A DNA stretch of 32,000 nucleotides from Aeropyrum pernix K1 (GTDB lineage Archaea; Thermoproteota; Thermoprotei_A; Sulfolobales; Acidilobaceae). The notes beneath the pieces were generated by a model. It did not search any database, had not been told where the DNA came from, and saw only the letters and a list, made by a program, of their open reading frames with translations. The DNA is taken from positions 390,001-422,000 of the forward strand of contig NC_000854.2 in NCBI RefSeq assembly GCF_000011125.1. Direction: 5' to 3'. Positions 1 to 9,442 of this stretch are shown here, one piece after another (the stretch's first letter is position 1; each line of letters starts with the position of its first letter). The position numbers were made by a program, and so were the translations under genes.

Positions 1-673
1 TCTTGTATCCCAGGCTCCAGAAGGCCAGCCTGGCCAGCGGGGCGGGCCGCCTGGCGAGGGCTTGGGGGAGGAGGCTGGCGGCGGGCTCCCTGTCGCCCGA
101 GAGGGCCACGTGCTTAACAAGCTCGGCGAAGCCGTCCCTATAGCCCTCATCCGGCTGCCCAGCCACTATGCCAGGCTCCACCAGGACCATCCTGGGATTG
201 TGGAACGTGCCCACCATGTTCTTCCCCCTCAGGTTGACCCCGGTCTTGCCCCCGGCGGCCGCGTCGAAGGCTGCGAGTGTCGTGGAGGGTATGTTAACCG
301 TGGATAGGCCTCTCATGAGTGTTGACGCGGCGAAGCCTGCGGCGTCCAGGAGGGCGCCCCCGCCTATTATGTAGACGGTTGTCGACCTCTCCACCCCGGC
401 CTGGAGCATGAGGTCCCAGAGCCTCGTAACCCAGTCTAGACTCTTCACCCGCTCTCCGCCCCCCGCCACGGCGCCCAGGACCTCTACCCCCCGGGCCTCC
501 AGTATCCTGGCCAGCCTTGCTGCCTCGGCGGAGAGGGCCTCCTCATGCACTATATAGGCTGTCCCCCCGGCGGCGCGGGGGGCCTCGGAGAGGGCGCCCA
601 CACCCGCGGCCACCACCGTCTCCTCATCAACCGAGAGCCTGAACACCCTCCTCTCTACAGCAGCCTGTGCCAC
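1..673 (-). CDS. aroB: 3-dehydroquinate synthase, 3' part outside window
   Basis: Manual reverse-strand translation gives ...[70 protein letters not shown]..., characteristic AroB motifs. A GTG start near 673 overlaps the end of the upstream DAHP synthase. Open at the left edge. Confidence 0.9.
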   Translation of the reverse strand, partial: MAQAAVERRVFRLSVDEETVVAAGVGALSEAPRAAGGTAYIVHEEALSAEAARLARILEARGVEVLGAVAGGGERVKSLDWVTRLWDLMLQAGVERSTTVYIIGGGALLDAAGFAASTLMRGLSTVNIPSTTLAAFDAAAGGKTGVNLRGKNMVGTFHNPRMVLVEPGIVAGQPDEGYRDGFAELVKHVALSGDREPAASLLPQALARRPAPLARLAFWSLGYK

Positions 674-1485
674 CTAAGCTCACCCATCAGCCTGGCGAAC
701 TCCCCGGGCGTCAACTGCTGTTTGGCGTCGCTCAGAGCCTCCTCAGGGTTGGGGTGGACCTCCACTATCAGCCCGTCCGCCCCTGCTGCCAGCCCGGCCT
801 TGGCTAGTGCGGGTACGAGGCTCCTCCTGCCCGCAGGGTGGCTCGGGTCCACTATGACAGGCAGGTGTGTCGCCTCCTTCAGAACCGCCACAGCGGCGAC
901 GTCTAGGGTGAACCTGGTGGAGGGCTCGAAAGTCCTTATACCCCGCTCCACCAGCACGACCTGCCAGTTGCCCTCGAGGAGTATGTACTCCGCCGCGGCC
1001 AGCAGCTCCTCAACAGTGTTGCCGAAACCCCTCTTGAGGAGGACAGGCTTGCCGGACCTGCCCACCTCCCTCAGCAGGGGGAAGTTCTGCATATTCCTAG
1101 CCCCTATCTGCAGCATGTCGGCATAGCGGGACACAGTCTCCACGTGCCGGGGGTCGAGGACCTCAGTCACAACCGGGAGCCCAGCCTCGTCTCCAGCCCT
1201 CCTCAGAAGCTTGAGCCCCTCCAAACCCAGGCCCTGGAAGCTGTACGGGCTCGTCCTAGGCTTGAAGGCTCCGCCCCTCAGCATGTGGGCGCCGGCCTCC
1301 TTCACGGCCAGCGCCGCCTCCCTCACCTGCTCCCACGACTCGACGCTACACGGCCCCGCTATCACAGCCTTGCTCCCACCACCTATCCTTACACCCTCCA
1401 CCTCAACAACGGTCTCCCTGCGCTCCTCACTCTTGAGGGCTAGCTTTACACCCTTGAAACCGGCCACTGGGAGCCACCTCCACAC
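655..1485 (-). CDS. 3-deoxy-7-phosphoheptulonate (DAHP) synthase, KDO8PS-like class I
   Basis: 276 aa; [73 protein letters not shown] motifs. Confidence 0.94.
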   Translation of the reverse strand: MWRWLPVAGFKGVKLALKSEERRETVVEVEGVRIGGGSKAVIAGPCSVESWEQVREAALAVKEAGAHMLRGGAFKPRTSPYSFQGLGLEGLKLLRRAGDEAGLPVVTEVLDPRHVETVSRYADMLQIGARNMQNFPLLREVGRSGKPVLLKRGFGNTVEELLAAAEYILLEGNWQVVLVERGIRTFEPSTRFTLDVAAVAVLKEATHLPVIVDPSHPAGRRSLVPALAKAGLAAGADGLIVEVHPNPEEALSDAKQQLTPGEFARLMGELRWHRLL

Positions 1486-1486
1486 C

Positions 1487-2455
1487 CTAGAGGGCGGCCG
1501 CGAGCCTTCTAACCCTCGCAGCCACGCTCTCCGGGTCGAGACGCAGGTGTCTGAGGAGCGACATGTAGTCTCTGGAGGAGGAGCCGTAGACGCCTGGGGG
1601 CACCCCTATCCTGGCCTGCCGGGCGCAGGCCCCCTCCTCGGCTAGAATGGATGAGACCACATCCCCAAGCCCGCCCACCGTTCTATGCTCCTCAACAGTC
1701 ACGAGCAGCCTAGACCTCTCGGCAGCCTCGAGCACCAGCCTCCTGGGCGCGGGTTTTATGCTGTAGACGTCCACAACGCCGACCCTGAGCCCCTCAGACC
1801 TCAGCAGGGCGGCCGCAGCCAGGGAGACCCCCACCATAGGCCCTGTAGCCAGCAGTGTGACCGCCTCCCCGGGCTCCACGAGGACCTCGCCCCCTCCGGG
1901 CCTGAAGGTGAACTCCTCCTCGCTGTAGACCCTGAAGGCGTTGTCCCTCCCCAGCCTGACGTAGGCCGGCCCCCTATACCTCCTCACAAGCCACTCTACA
2001 GTCTCGACTGTGGCCACGTCGTCGGCGGGTGAGAAGACGGCGGTGCGCGCGAGGCTCCGCATGAGGGCTAGGTCCTCGAGTACCTGGTGGCTCGACCCGT
2101 CTACGTGGGGGGATAGGCCTGTGTGGGTGGCCACTATCTTAACGTTGAGCCCGTCCCTGTCCACCGTGTTCCGGATCTGCTCCCAACCCCTCATTAGGAA
2201 GGCGCCGAAACCGGTCACCACGGGCCTGAGGCCTGCTAGGGCTATTCCCGCGGCGGTGCCTATCAGGTCCTGCTCGCTTATACCCATGTTCAGGACCCTC
2301 CTCGGCGCAGACCTATACACCTCAATAGCCCCCGTGCTCCGCAGCGTGTCAGCGTCGAGCACCACCAGGTCCTCCAGCTCGGAGGCGAGCCTCGCCAGGA
2401 GCCTGCCCAGGGCTTTCCTATAGCTCGCCATCTGGAGGGCGGGAGCGCTAGCCAC
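1487..2455 (-). CDS. Transketolase C-terminal subunit (pyrimidine-binding/transketolase-C domains)
   Basis: 322 aa; [75 protein letters not shown]. Confidence 0.92.
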   Translation of the reverse strand: MASAPALQMASYRKALGRLLARLASELEDLVVLDADTLRSTGAIEVYRSAPRRVLNMGISEQDLIGTAAGIALAGLRPVVTGFGAFLMRGWEQIRNTVDRDGLNVKIVATHTGLSPHVDGSSHQVLEDLALMRSLARTAVFSPADDVATVETVEWLVRRYRGPAYVRLGRDNAFRVYSEEEFTFRPGGGEVLVEPGEAVTLLATGPMVGVSLAAAALLRSEGLRVGVVDVYSIKPAPRRLVLEAAERSRLLVTVEEHRTVGGLGDVVSSILAEEGACARQARIGVPPGVYGSSSRDYMSLLRHLRLDPESVAARVRRLAAAL

Positions 2456-2494
2456 TGTACAACACCCTCTCCACCGGGCCCCGGGGGGCTCCCT

Positions 2495-3205
2495 TTAGGC
2501 GTCTACAGCCTCAACTATTATGGCGGTGGGCCTGTCCCCCGCCCTGGAGTCTAGGGCCCTCGCTATCTCCTCCACCCTGCCCTCCACCGTAACGGCCTCC
2601 CAGCCGAAGCTCCTCCACCTGTCCTCCAGCGGCTCCTTAGGTTTGATAGCCTCCGTCTCCCCAGTGTGCTGAACCCTGTTCCTATCCACTATGGCCACCA
2701 CCTCCCAGAGCCTCATGGCAGCCGCTGTGGCGGCGGCCTCCCACACCTGCCCCTCATCCAGCTCCCCGTCGCCCAGCACCACGGCTACCTCTACCCTCCT
2801 CCCCTTGAGCCTCGACCCTATCACCAGCCCGTTGGAAACGCTCAACGCCTGGCCCAGGCTGCCGTTGGACACCAGAGTGAGGGGCGTCCTCCCAGCCTCG
2901 GGGTGCGCCTGCAGAGGGGATCCTGGCCGGGCGAACAGCCTCTCCACCGACCCCCTCTCCAGGAGGCCCATCTCCTCCAGGAGGGCGTAGAAGCCCAGGC
3001 TTGCGTGGCCCTTGCTGAGTATCACCCGCCTGTCAACACCCTCCACTCGGCCCCGGGGGAGCCAGTATGCGTATAGCACGGCCAGTATAGGCAGGGCGGT
3101 GGTGCTCGAGTGGAGGTGCCACCCGAGCCCGCGCCCGGCGAGGATATGGAGCCTCCCACGGGCAGCCTCTAGAAGAGAGGAGACCGTAGCGAGGCTAGGA
3201 CTCAT
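2495..3205 (-). CDS. Transketolase N-terminal subunit (TPP-binding)
   Basis: ILSKGHASLGFYALLEEMG, GSLGQALSVSNGLVIGSRLKG, VVLGDGELDEGQVWEAATAAAMRLWEVVAIVDRNRVQHTG. The ORF track extends to 3598, but ATG at 3205 (MSPSLATVSSLLEAARG) is the plausible start. Confidence 0.9.
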   Translation of the reverse strand: MSPSLATVSSLLEAARGRLHILAGRGLGWHLHSSTTALPILAVLYAYWLPRGRVEGVDRRVILSKGHASLGFYALLEEMGLLERGSVERLFARPGSPLQAHPEAGRTPLTLVSNGSLGQALSVSNGLVIGSRLKGRRVEVAVVLGDGELDEGQVWEAAATAAAMRLWEVVAIVDRNRVQHTGETEAIKPKEPLEDRWRSFGWEAVTVEGRVEEIARALDSRAGDRPTAIIVEAVDA

Positions 3206-3344
3206 GGGGCCTGGAGAAGCTAGAGGTATTGGCGCTCCATCACCAACCACCACACTAAAGGCCAGACCTAGAACGTAATACTCAGCGGAATTTAAGCTTT
3301 CACACTTACAGAAGGCCCCAAGGCTCCGGGGGAGAGAGGCGATA

Positions 3345-3353
3345 CTTATAAAT
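3345..3353 (+). promoter_or_regulatory. Putative archaeal TATA box (cttataaat) upstream of the 912-aa secreted protein
   Basis: Sequence gatacttataaataaag in a locally AT-richer intergenic region, about 90 nt before the first ATG. Confidence 0.45.
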
Positions 3354-3437
3354 AAAGGGTTGAGCCGTGGCGGATCACCATAGTCCCGGCCGTCATAGGG
3401 TAAAACGTCAGAATCCGTTATATCACCGGCCCCTAGA

Positions 3438-6176
3438 ATGCTACCATTGTGGACCCGGCGGCTGGGGGCAATGGGCTCCTTAAAGGCCAGGGCAGAGGTT
3501 ATATGTCCCGGCGCATTCCTGCTGTTATGCCTCATGCTATCACTGGGCCTAGCTGGCTCTGCAGCCGGGGCCAGCGACTCGCCAACACCCAGCGGCACAC
3601 TCGACGCCTCACCCCACCTCTGGCTCAGGATGGCGGAGACCCTGGTCGAGAGGCTCTACGACCCCAGCCTCAACCTGTTCAGGGAGACCTGGGGCACCCC
3701 TGAGGGGCAATGCTGGTACTGGAATACTGAGCAGGGCGAGGCGGCTCAGATCGCGGTCTACCTCAACGACTCCACCCTCCTCTCGAGCCTGCTGGCAGCC
3801 TACAGGCAGTACCTTACGTACGACAACGGGGCCAACGTCTACCTGTTCTCCCGGTACACTCCCTGCAGCATGATAAGGCAACTCAGCCTAGACCCCCAGA
3901 ACTTCAGCCTCGGCAATCTGATAGTGAACATTGGAGGGGACCTGGCGGGCACCAGGGCGGATAACCTGGACTACTCTAGAGCTATAGCCCTGGGACTAGA
4001 CATCTATAAGGATCCCACTAACATCTACGAGCAGGATAAGGCGTGGCCCAACATGTGGTACACGGCAAACCTGAAGAGCCACGAGGTCTGGTACCTGGCG
4101 CCGGGGGACACAACAGACTACAAGGGGATATGGGACACCTCGGACGGCAGCCTCGGGACAGGCAGGATAACCGGCTACAGCGTGAGGGTAGAGCATGTGA
4201 CGGATCCGGCCACCAACGCAACGTACAACGTGGGTGTTGCTGAGAGGACTATGGAGGACGCGAACCTAAGCTACACCCAGCGCTTCATACTAGAGCCTAG
4301 GAAGCCCTACGTCAAGGTGGAGCTAACTGTCGCCAACAAGAGCCGATACACACTCAGCGATGTGAGTGTGGCTCTGGCCTTCGACAACCTGGACTGGTGG
4401 CTCTACAGGTATGTCTACATCCCTGGGTTGGGCCTGATAGACGCCTCCACGGCAGGAAGACTTATTAGCGAGGGTGAGAAGGAGTACCATCTCGCAAGGA
4501 CCTGGGAGGGCTTCTGGCAGCCGGTAACGGACTCTAGCGGCAGGGCCTGGTGGCCCAGCATAATCTACGCCGACGGGCCCCTAGGCATGAATAGAGGCCT
4601 GCTGGTGCTGGTACAGGGCGACTACGGTGTGCACTTCTGGGGCTACGGTAACTACCAGGCCCCACGGGAGGACCTCTACGGCGTCCCCGCCTACACGGAC
4701 TGGTACTACAGGTGGCTGAAGTACGAGATAATGATAGGGGAACTAGCCCCAGGCGAGTCCAAGACGGTTGAGGTCCTGATAATCCCTATGTCCAGCTACG
4801 CCCCCGGCCTAGAGGACCTCTATATTGAGATGGCCTCGAGGCTTGACAGGCTTGAGGGCAGGGACTTAAGCTACGCCGTAAACACGGGGACAGGAGCGTT
4901 TAAGGGGCTAGCAGCGGCCTACAGCCTCCTGGGCGCTGATGATCGGCGTTTCGTAGAGAGGGTTATTGATAGCGTTGGCAGTGTCATGGAGGGGTGGGGC
5001 TGGAGGGCCTCAACTAGAATACTCGCCAACTACACGCTAGCCCTGGCCCACCTCCACGGCCACACAGGGAAGGGAGAGTACCTCTCAAGGGCAGAGGCGG
5101 CGGCTCAGAGACTCCTAGAAGCACAGGTGAGAGACCCTGGCGACCCTAGGAACGGGGGGTTCCTAGACGCCGTCCACCCCTTCGGAACCGCCACCCACCT
5201 GGATGTGAACGCCGAGGCCGCCCACGCTCTTCTGGCCATGTGGGAAAGGACGGGGAGCAGGGTTTACAAAGAGGCTGTAGACTACTGGCTCCAGAACTGG
5301 TTCCACAGGGAGCAGGATACGGGGCGCTGGTACTACCACAGGTTCCGGAGCCTCGAAGACGCGGGAGGAGAGAGCCTGGGCAAGAGATACCTCGACGAGG
5401 AGCGGCCGTATGCCCTCGGCTACCTCCTGCAAGCACTCTCCAGGCATTACTGGAGCGACGACAGGCTGCTAGCCTCCGCGAACAGGATCTGGAGCCTTCT
5501 AACCGGTGAGTACTGGGTGGCTACCTGGGAGGGGGCCGGGGAGACTAACGTGGAGACACAGAGCAGCTCGGCGGCGGGCCTGAGAGAGTACCTGCTAGCC
5601 CTGTCGGAGAAGGCCGGAGCCGCCTTAGAATATGTTCGGGACGGTAGCGTGTCTCACCTTGCATTCGACCCACGCAGAGGCTCCCTAGACCCTAAGACGG
5701 GGGCATGGCTTGTTGAAGCCCGGGCCGTTATAGGCGTTACGGGGACCCCAGACTCCACCGCGGCAACGCTCGCGGTCTACATACCCTCGGGCATGGTAGA
5801 CCTCGTGCTCTTGGACGGCTCCCCAGCGTCCAGGGCGTATAGCCTATCTGAGCTGGAGGGGAAACCTGGGTCCTACTACTTCGAAGGTAACATAGTATAT
5901 GTGAGGCTCCAAGGCGCCCAGCGGGTAACCATAGCATACAGGCTAGTCGAACCTAAGCCGCCCCTCCCGGAGGTTTATAAAACCCCCTTGGCGGTGGCGG
6001 CCGCTGGAGCGGCAGCGTTCATAGCGGCCGAGGCCTCAGCACCCCTCCTAGCACTCGCCACAGCATGCCTCATCATAGTGCTCTGGGCAGCAGGCTGGCT
6101 CCCTACGTACGTCGCCATCGCTATGGTGGCATTATCGGTAGGCCTAGGCCTCATAGCAATAAGGAGAAACAGCTAA
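3438..6176 (+). CDS. Secreted, C-terminally membrane-anchored protein, possible (alpha/alpha)6-barrel glycoside-active enzyme
   Basis: 912 aa; signal-peptide-like N-terminus (AFLLLCLMLSLGLAGSAAG), helical-repeat segments with aromatic/acidic motifs (NVNAEAAHALLAMWERTGSRVYKEAVDYWLQNWFH, ERPYALGYLLQALSRHYW), and a strongly hydrophobic C-terminus ending in IRRNS. ATG at 3471 is an alternative start. Confidence 0.75.
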   Translation: MLPLWTRRLGAMGSLKARAEVICPGAFLLLCLMLSLGLAGSAAGASDSPTPSGTLDASPHLWLRMAETLVERLYDPSLNLFRETWGTPEGQCWYWNTEQGEAAQIAVYLNDSTLLSSLLAAYRQYLTYDNGANVYLFSRYTPCSMIRQLSLDPQNFSLGNLIVNIGGDLAGTRADNLDYSRAIALGLDIYKDPTNIYEQDKAWPNMWYTANLKSHEVWYLAPGDTTDYKGIWDTSDGSLGTGRITGYSVRVEHVTDPATNATYNVGVAERTMEDANLSYTQRFILEPRKPYVKVELTVANKSRYTLSDVSVALAFDNLDWWLYRYVYIPGLGLIDASTAGRLISEGEKEYHLARTWEGFWQPVTDSSGRAWWPSIIYADGPLGMNRGLLVLVQGDYGVHFWGYGNYQAPREDLYGVPAYTDWYYRWLKYEIMIGELAPGESKTVEVLIIPMSSYAPGLEDLYIEMASRLDRLEGRDLSYAVNTGTGAFKGLAAAYSLLGADDRRFVERVIDSVGSVMEGWGWRASTRILANYTLALAHLHGHTGKGEYLSRAEAAAQRLLEAQVRDPGDPRNGGFLDAVHPFGTATHLDVNAEAAHALLAMWERTGSRVYKEAVDYWLQNWFHREQDTGRWYYHRFRSLEDAGGESLGKRYLDEERPYALGYLLQALSRHYWSDDRLLASANRIWSLLTGEYWVATWEGAGETNVETQSSSAAGLREYLLALSEKAGAALEYVRDGSVSHLAFDPRRGSLDPKTGAWLVEARAVIGVTGTPDSTAATLAVYIPSGMVDLVLLDGSPASRAYSLSELEGKPGSYYFEGNIVYVRLQGAQRVTIAYRLVEPKPPLPEVYKTPLAVAAAGAAAFIAAEASAPLLALATACLIIVLWAAGWLPTYVAIAMVALSVGLGLIAIRRNS

Positions 6177-6342
6177 GCCGACCAAGCTCCAGCGTTCATT
6201 GTTACAACATCATAGGCGGCTTGCGCGGTAAAACAGCTACTCGACTCCAGAGTAGACCTCGAACCACACCCTCCAGACTCCTTGAGACCGGTCTGTCACG
6301 CCTCCCACGGGAGAAAGAGCTGATGGGCGAAGATTGGGAACT

Positions 6343-6495
6343 TCAGCCCCCAATGACGACCATGGCATCCTCAAACCCGCGCCTATAGCCCAGAGCGTAG
6401 CCAGCAGCTAGCCCGGCGAGAAGCAGGAGAAGCCCATATAACGTGAACCTCCACCCACATCTGCTGGAAAGTAGCCTCCATAAAACACTCCTCAC
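6343..6495 (-). CDS. Hypothetical 50-aa single-TM micro-protein
   Basis: Manual translation from GTG (6495-6493) to TGA (6345-6343): MRSVLWRLLSSRCGWRFTLYGLLLLLAGLAAGYALGYRRGFEDAMVVIGG. Absent from the ORF track, probably because of size. Confidence 0.5.
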   Translation of the reverse strand: MRSVLWRLLSSRCGWRFTLYGLLLLLAGLAAGYALGYRRGFEDAMVVIGG

Positions 6496-6675
6496 CGGCG
6501 TCTCACCCAAGCCTAACGCCTGTCTCGCCAGATCTCATCCACGGCTTTACAGGCCGTCCAATATGTCTTCGCGGACTCCCATTCCGGCTAGATCCAAGGT
6601 GGTAGTAGAGCGGATGGAGGGACTGAAATCCTTCCGGCCTGATAGCATTGGTAGAATTTTCCTTTAGTAGGCTGT

Positions 6676-7515
6676 TCACTTCTTCCCAGTCCTCCAGAGG
6701 CTCTTGTAGTCTGGCGGCCTCTTCGTGTCTTTGAAGCTCTTGGCGGCCTGTAGGGCGGTTGTGTCTTTGGAGAGCCTCTTCAGCTCCGCCACCCCCAGCT
6801 GGGTGTGCCACCCCCTCTTGCCAGCCCTAAGCATGCTGACTATCGACTCTACGGCCGCAGGCGGGGAGGCCATGATCTTCTCCGCCACACGATTGACGGC
6901 GTCCTCTAGCTGGCCCGGCTCGTCGACGAGGAGGGAGACTAGGCCCATCCTGTACGCCTCCTCCGCCGTTATGGGCTCGGCAGTCAGCGCCAGGTAGGCG
7001 GCCCTGGCGGGGCCAAGAACAAAGGGGCCTAGGGTCGGCAGGAACGGCGGCGCCAGGTTCCAGAGGGACTCGGGCCAGGATATCCTGGCCGACCTAACGG
7101 CAACAACTATGTCCCCCGCCCACAGCAGCTCTGCGCCGCCTCCTATGGCGTGGCCGTTTACAGCCATGATCACCGGCTTCCTCAACCCCAGTATCCTCTC
7201 CACAACCATGGCCAGCGTGGAGAAGAGCCTCTCAGCCTCCTCCGGGCTACCGGCCTCCGCCAGCTCCCCCAGGTCGATACCCGCTGAGAAGGCTTTACCC
7301 TCGCCAGTTATAGCCACAAACCTGACACCCTCATCCCCCTCAAGCTCGTCCAGGGCAGCTAGGACCTCGCGCATCATGGACGTGTTGAAGGCGTTAAGCC
7401 TCTCGGGCCTGCTGAAAACCAGCCAGCCCAGGGGTGGATCCACCCTGGTTTTAACCAAACTATAGTTTCCCGCCAAGACGCGTATCACCCGCTTCAACAA
7501 CCCACATAACACCAT
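6676..7515 (-). CDS. Enoyl-CoA hydratase/isomerase family protein
   Basis: Crotonase motifs: RPERLNAFNTSMMREVLAALDELEGDEGVRFVAITGEGKAFSAGIDLGEL, KPVIMAVNGHAIGGGAELLWAGDIVVA, ITAEEAYRMGLV. The N-terminal ~20 residues may be over-extended. Confidence 0.92.
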   Translation of the reverse strand: MVLCGLLKRVIRVLAGNYSLVKTRVDPPLGWLVFSRPERLNAFNTSMMREVLAALDELEGDEGVRFVAITGEGKAFSAGIDLGELAEAGSPEEAERLFSTLAMVVERILGLRKPVIMAVNGHAIGGGAELLWAGDIVVAVRSARISWPESLWNLAPPFLPTLGPFVLGPARAAYLALTAEPITAEEAYRMGLVSLLVDEPGQLEDAVNRVAEKIMASPPAAVESIVSMLRAGKRGWHTQLGVAELKRLSKDTTALQAAKSFKDTKRPPDYKSLWRTGKK

Positions 7516-7736
7516 GGATGTGAATAGGTCTTTTTAACGAGTAGCATGTAACAAGGTCTAGCCCGTGTCTAACCGGAGGTAAAAACGTAAGGGTTATTGT
7601 TGGTAAGACAGGTGTGGTGATGCAGGTTATGCGTTAGAGGGAGGCAGGTCCAGCACCCCCCAGTTCTAGCTGCGGGTTTCCCGGCTACGGGAGCGGGCTG
7701 AAAGGATCTAACGTGAAAGCGGGGGGTTGCGTGGTT

Positions 7737-8294
7737 CTACGGTTCGTCCTCGGTTGTCCAGGGGTTAGACCACCTCTCCTCCCAGCCTCCAGGCATCCCC
7801 CTGTGGGGCATGTCGGAGTCTCCCATGGGCGGCATAGGCATGCAGTCAATCCTCTCCAGCTTTACACCGTTGACGTTTACCTCCCTAGCTATTATGAGGG
7901 GGCCCATACTGGTCTTCATGAAAACGCCTTTCACGTAAACCTCTCTCCCCTCGAGGAGGTAGGCTAGCTGGTGGCCCATTAGAATCTCGCCGTTGCTGGC
8001 CCGCCAGCAGCCGGGCAGGGCTAGCATTACCGTCCTGCCATCCACCTCAAGGTATACCAGGTGGTGGTGCATCATAGCAGGGTGTCCCACAGGCCTCTCC
8101 ACAACGCCCCTAGCTTCGACGGGCCCCTGCAGCCCCCTCGTAGCCTCCAGCCCCCTCCCTAGGGAGCTTGAGCTGCTGTACACGGGCAGGTCGGCGAGCG
8201 GCCTGGCCTCAGCCGGGTAGAGGTAGTAGGCTATGGCTGGGGCTAGGAGGGCTAGTACTGTTGCTATAATAGCGAACCTTATTACACTAGCCAA
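7737..8294 (-). CDS. Membrane-anchored Met/His-containing OB-fold-like protein
   Basis: 185 aa; N-terminal TM (FAIIATVLALLAPAIAYYLY), HPAMMHHHLVYLEVDGRTVML and GREVYVKGVF strands, C-terminal MPMPPMGDSDMPHRGMPGG. Confidence 0.6.
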   Translation of the reverse strand: MASVIRFAIIATVLALLAPAIAYYLYPAEARPLADLPVYSSSSSLGRGLEATRGLQGPVEARGVVERPVGHPAMMHHHLVYLEVDGRTVMLALPGCWRASNGEILMGHQLAYLLEGREVYVKGVFMKTSMGPLIIAREVNVNGVKLERIDCMPMPPMGDSDMPHRGMPGGWEERWSNPWTTEDEP

Positions 8295-8531
8295 GGCCCG
8301 AGATCACCTCCCCGCTATACATTGGTGATAGAGGTGGTCGGTCCCTCCTGCCACTAGTCTTTAGCAATGTCACCGCCGACCCGCTAGGCTCCATAGGCCG
8401 CCCAACTCTCCATCCATACTGTGCTAGCTCATGTTAACATTATTTCCGCGGGGCTCTATAAACGGGCCTAACGTTTGATGAGTAAACCTTAAGAATGCGT
8501 CTCCACCGGGGATTCCAGGGGAGTATTTATT

Positions 8532-9095
8532 TTGGTAGAAGGTGTTCTGGCCGCTCTCTACAGCGCCTCTGCAGCGCTGTTCACGCTGATAGCTGCGGTG
8601 CTGGCTAGAGCTTACCTCAGGCTGGGCCTTCAGGAGCTTGCCGGGGTTGCGTGGGGCTTCTCGCTGCTGGCAGCCTCCTCGGCTATGGGGGCTGCCGAGA
8701 TGCTTGTGGACTCGCCGAGGGCGGCGGTTAGCCTCTACGTAGGCTCCGCCTCCCTGGCGGCCGCCGGCCTTGCAATAATACTCTTCGCAAACCTGGAGTC
8801 CAGAAGGTCTATTTCCCCAATCCAGTTGGCCGCACCCCTGGTGATGGCCGTCTCCATAGACTCCATAGCCGGGGTCCTAGGACTTCTCGCAGGCTACACC
8901 AGCCGCGGGCTGGCCAGGCTGGGGTTCACCCTAATAGGCGCCTCCCACCTGGGCAGGGTTGTTAGCGTCTATCTCATGCCCGGGAAAGAAGCTGTGGCCC
9001 TCCTCCTGGCCTCCGAGCTTCTTAGATCCCTCGCGGCGTTCATAATGTCCCTCTACTACAGCGGCAGGGTTGTTGGAAGTGGCGAGGAGGAGTAG
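8532..9095 (+). CDS. Multi-pass membrane protein of unknown function
   Basis: 187 aa with several hydrophobic segments (AALYSASAALFTLIAAVLARAYL, AGVAWGFSLLAASSAMGAAEML, AAVSLYVGSASLAAAGLAIILF, AAPLVMAVSIDSIAGVLGLLAG). Confidence 0.7.
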   Translation: MVEGVLAALYSASAALFTLIAAVLARAYLRLGLQELAGVAWGFSLLAASSAMGAAEMLVDSPRAAVSLYVGSASLAAAGLAIILFANLESRRSISPIQLAAPLVMAVSIDSIAGVLGLLAGYTSRGLARLGFTLIGASHLGRVVSVYLMPGKEAVALLLASELLRSLAAFIMSLYYSGRVVGSGEEE

Positions 9096-9348
9096 GGTAG
9101 AGATAATAATAGATGTGCTGGAGGCCCTCCAGGACGAGGGGCCGATGACGCCCACTAGGCTTGCGACAGTAGCTAACATGCCCTATGACAGGCTGCAGAC
9201 GGTGCTTGAACCCCTGGTGGCGAAAGGGCTTGTGCGTGTTAGGGATATGGGGCGGTCGAAGCAGGTTGAGATAACCAGAGAGGGGGTTAGAGCCCTGCAC
9301 GATCTTAAGCGTGTTAGGAGGCTGCTCAGCGACCTGGGCTTCGCGTAG
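9070..9348 (+). CDS. Winged helix-turn-helix transcriptional regulator
   Basis: 92 aa: EIIIDVLEALQDEGPMTPTRLATVANMPYDRLQTVLEPLVAKGLVRVRDMGRSKQVEITREGVRALHDLKRVRRLL. Overlaps the upstream gene end. Confidence 0.82.
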   Translation: MLEVARRSRVEIIIDVLEALQDEGPMTPTRLATVANMPYDRLQTVLEPLVAKGLVRVRDMGRSKQVEITREGVRALHDLKRVRRLLSDLGFA

Positions 9349-9368
9349 TTTCTATATCCTCCAAACTG

Positions 9369-9383
9369 TTTGAAAGTTTCAAA
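9369..9383. promoter_or_regulatory. Perfect palindrome TTTGAAA-G-TTTCAAA, candidate operator
   Basis: 7-bp arms around one central base, between the wHTH stop (9348) and the next ORF (9443), just downstream of a TATA-like ttctatatcc. Confidence 0.45.
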
Positions 9384-9442
9384 TACAACCATTCTAACAA
9401 CGCTTCCCAACGATTACACGTTAAACCCGGTGGAGTGCTGGG

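Noticed and set aside
545-1126. 193-aa + strand ORF (track)
   Set aside because: Antisense to aroB/DAHP synthase, whose - strand translation carries clear catalytic motifs; typical high-GC shadow ORF.
3206-3598. N-terminal extension of the transketolase ORF to 3598
   Set aside because: The extension runs through the AT-rich divergent promoter region and into the secreted-protein gene; homologous sequence begins near MSPSLATVSSLLEAARG at 3205.
6503-6811. 102-aa - strand ORF overlapping the enoyl-CoA hydratase C-terminus
   Set aside because: Overlaps 136 nt of a confidently coding frame and has low-complexity charged composition; the downstream 50-aa TM micro-ORF is a better candidate.
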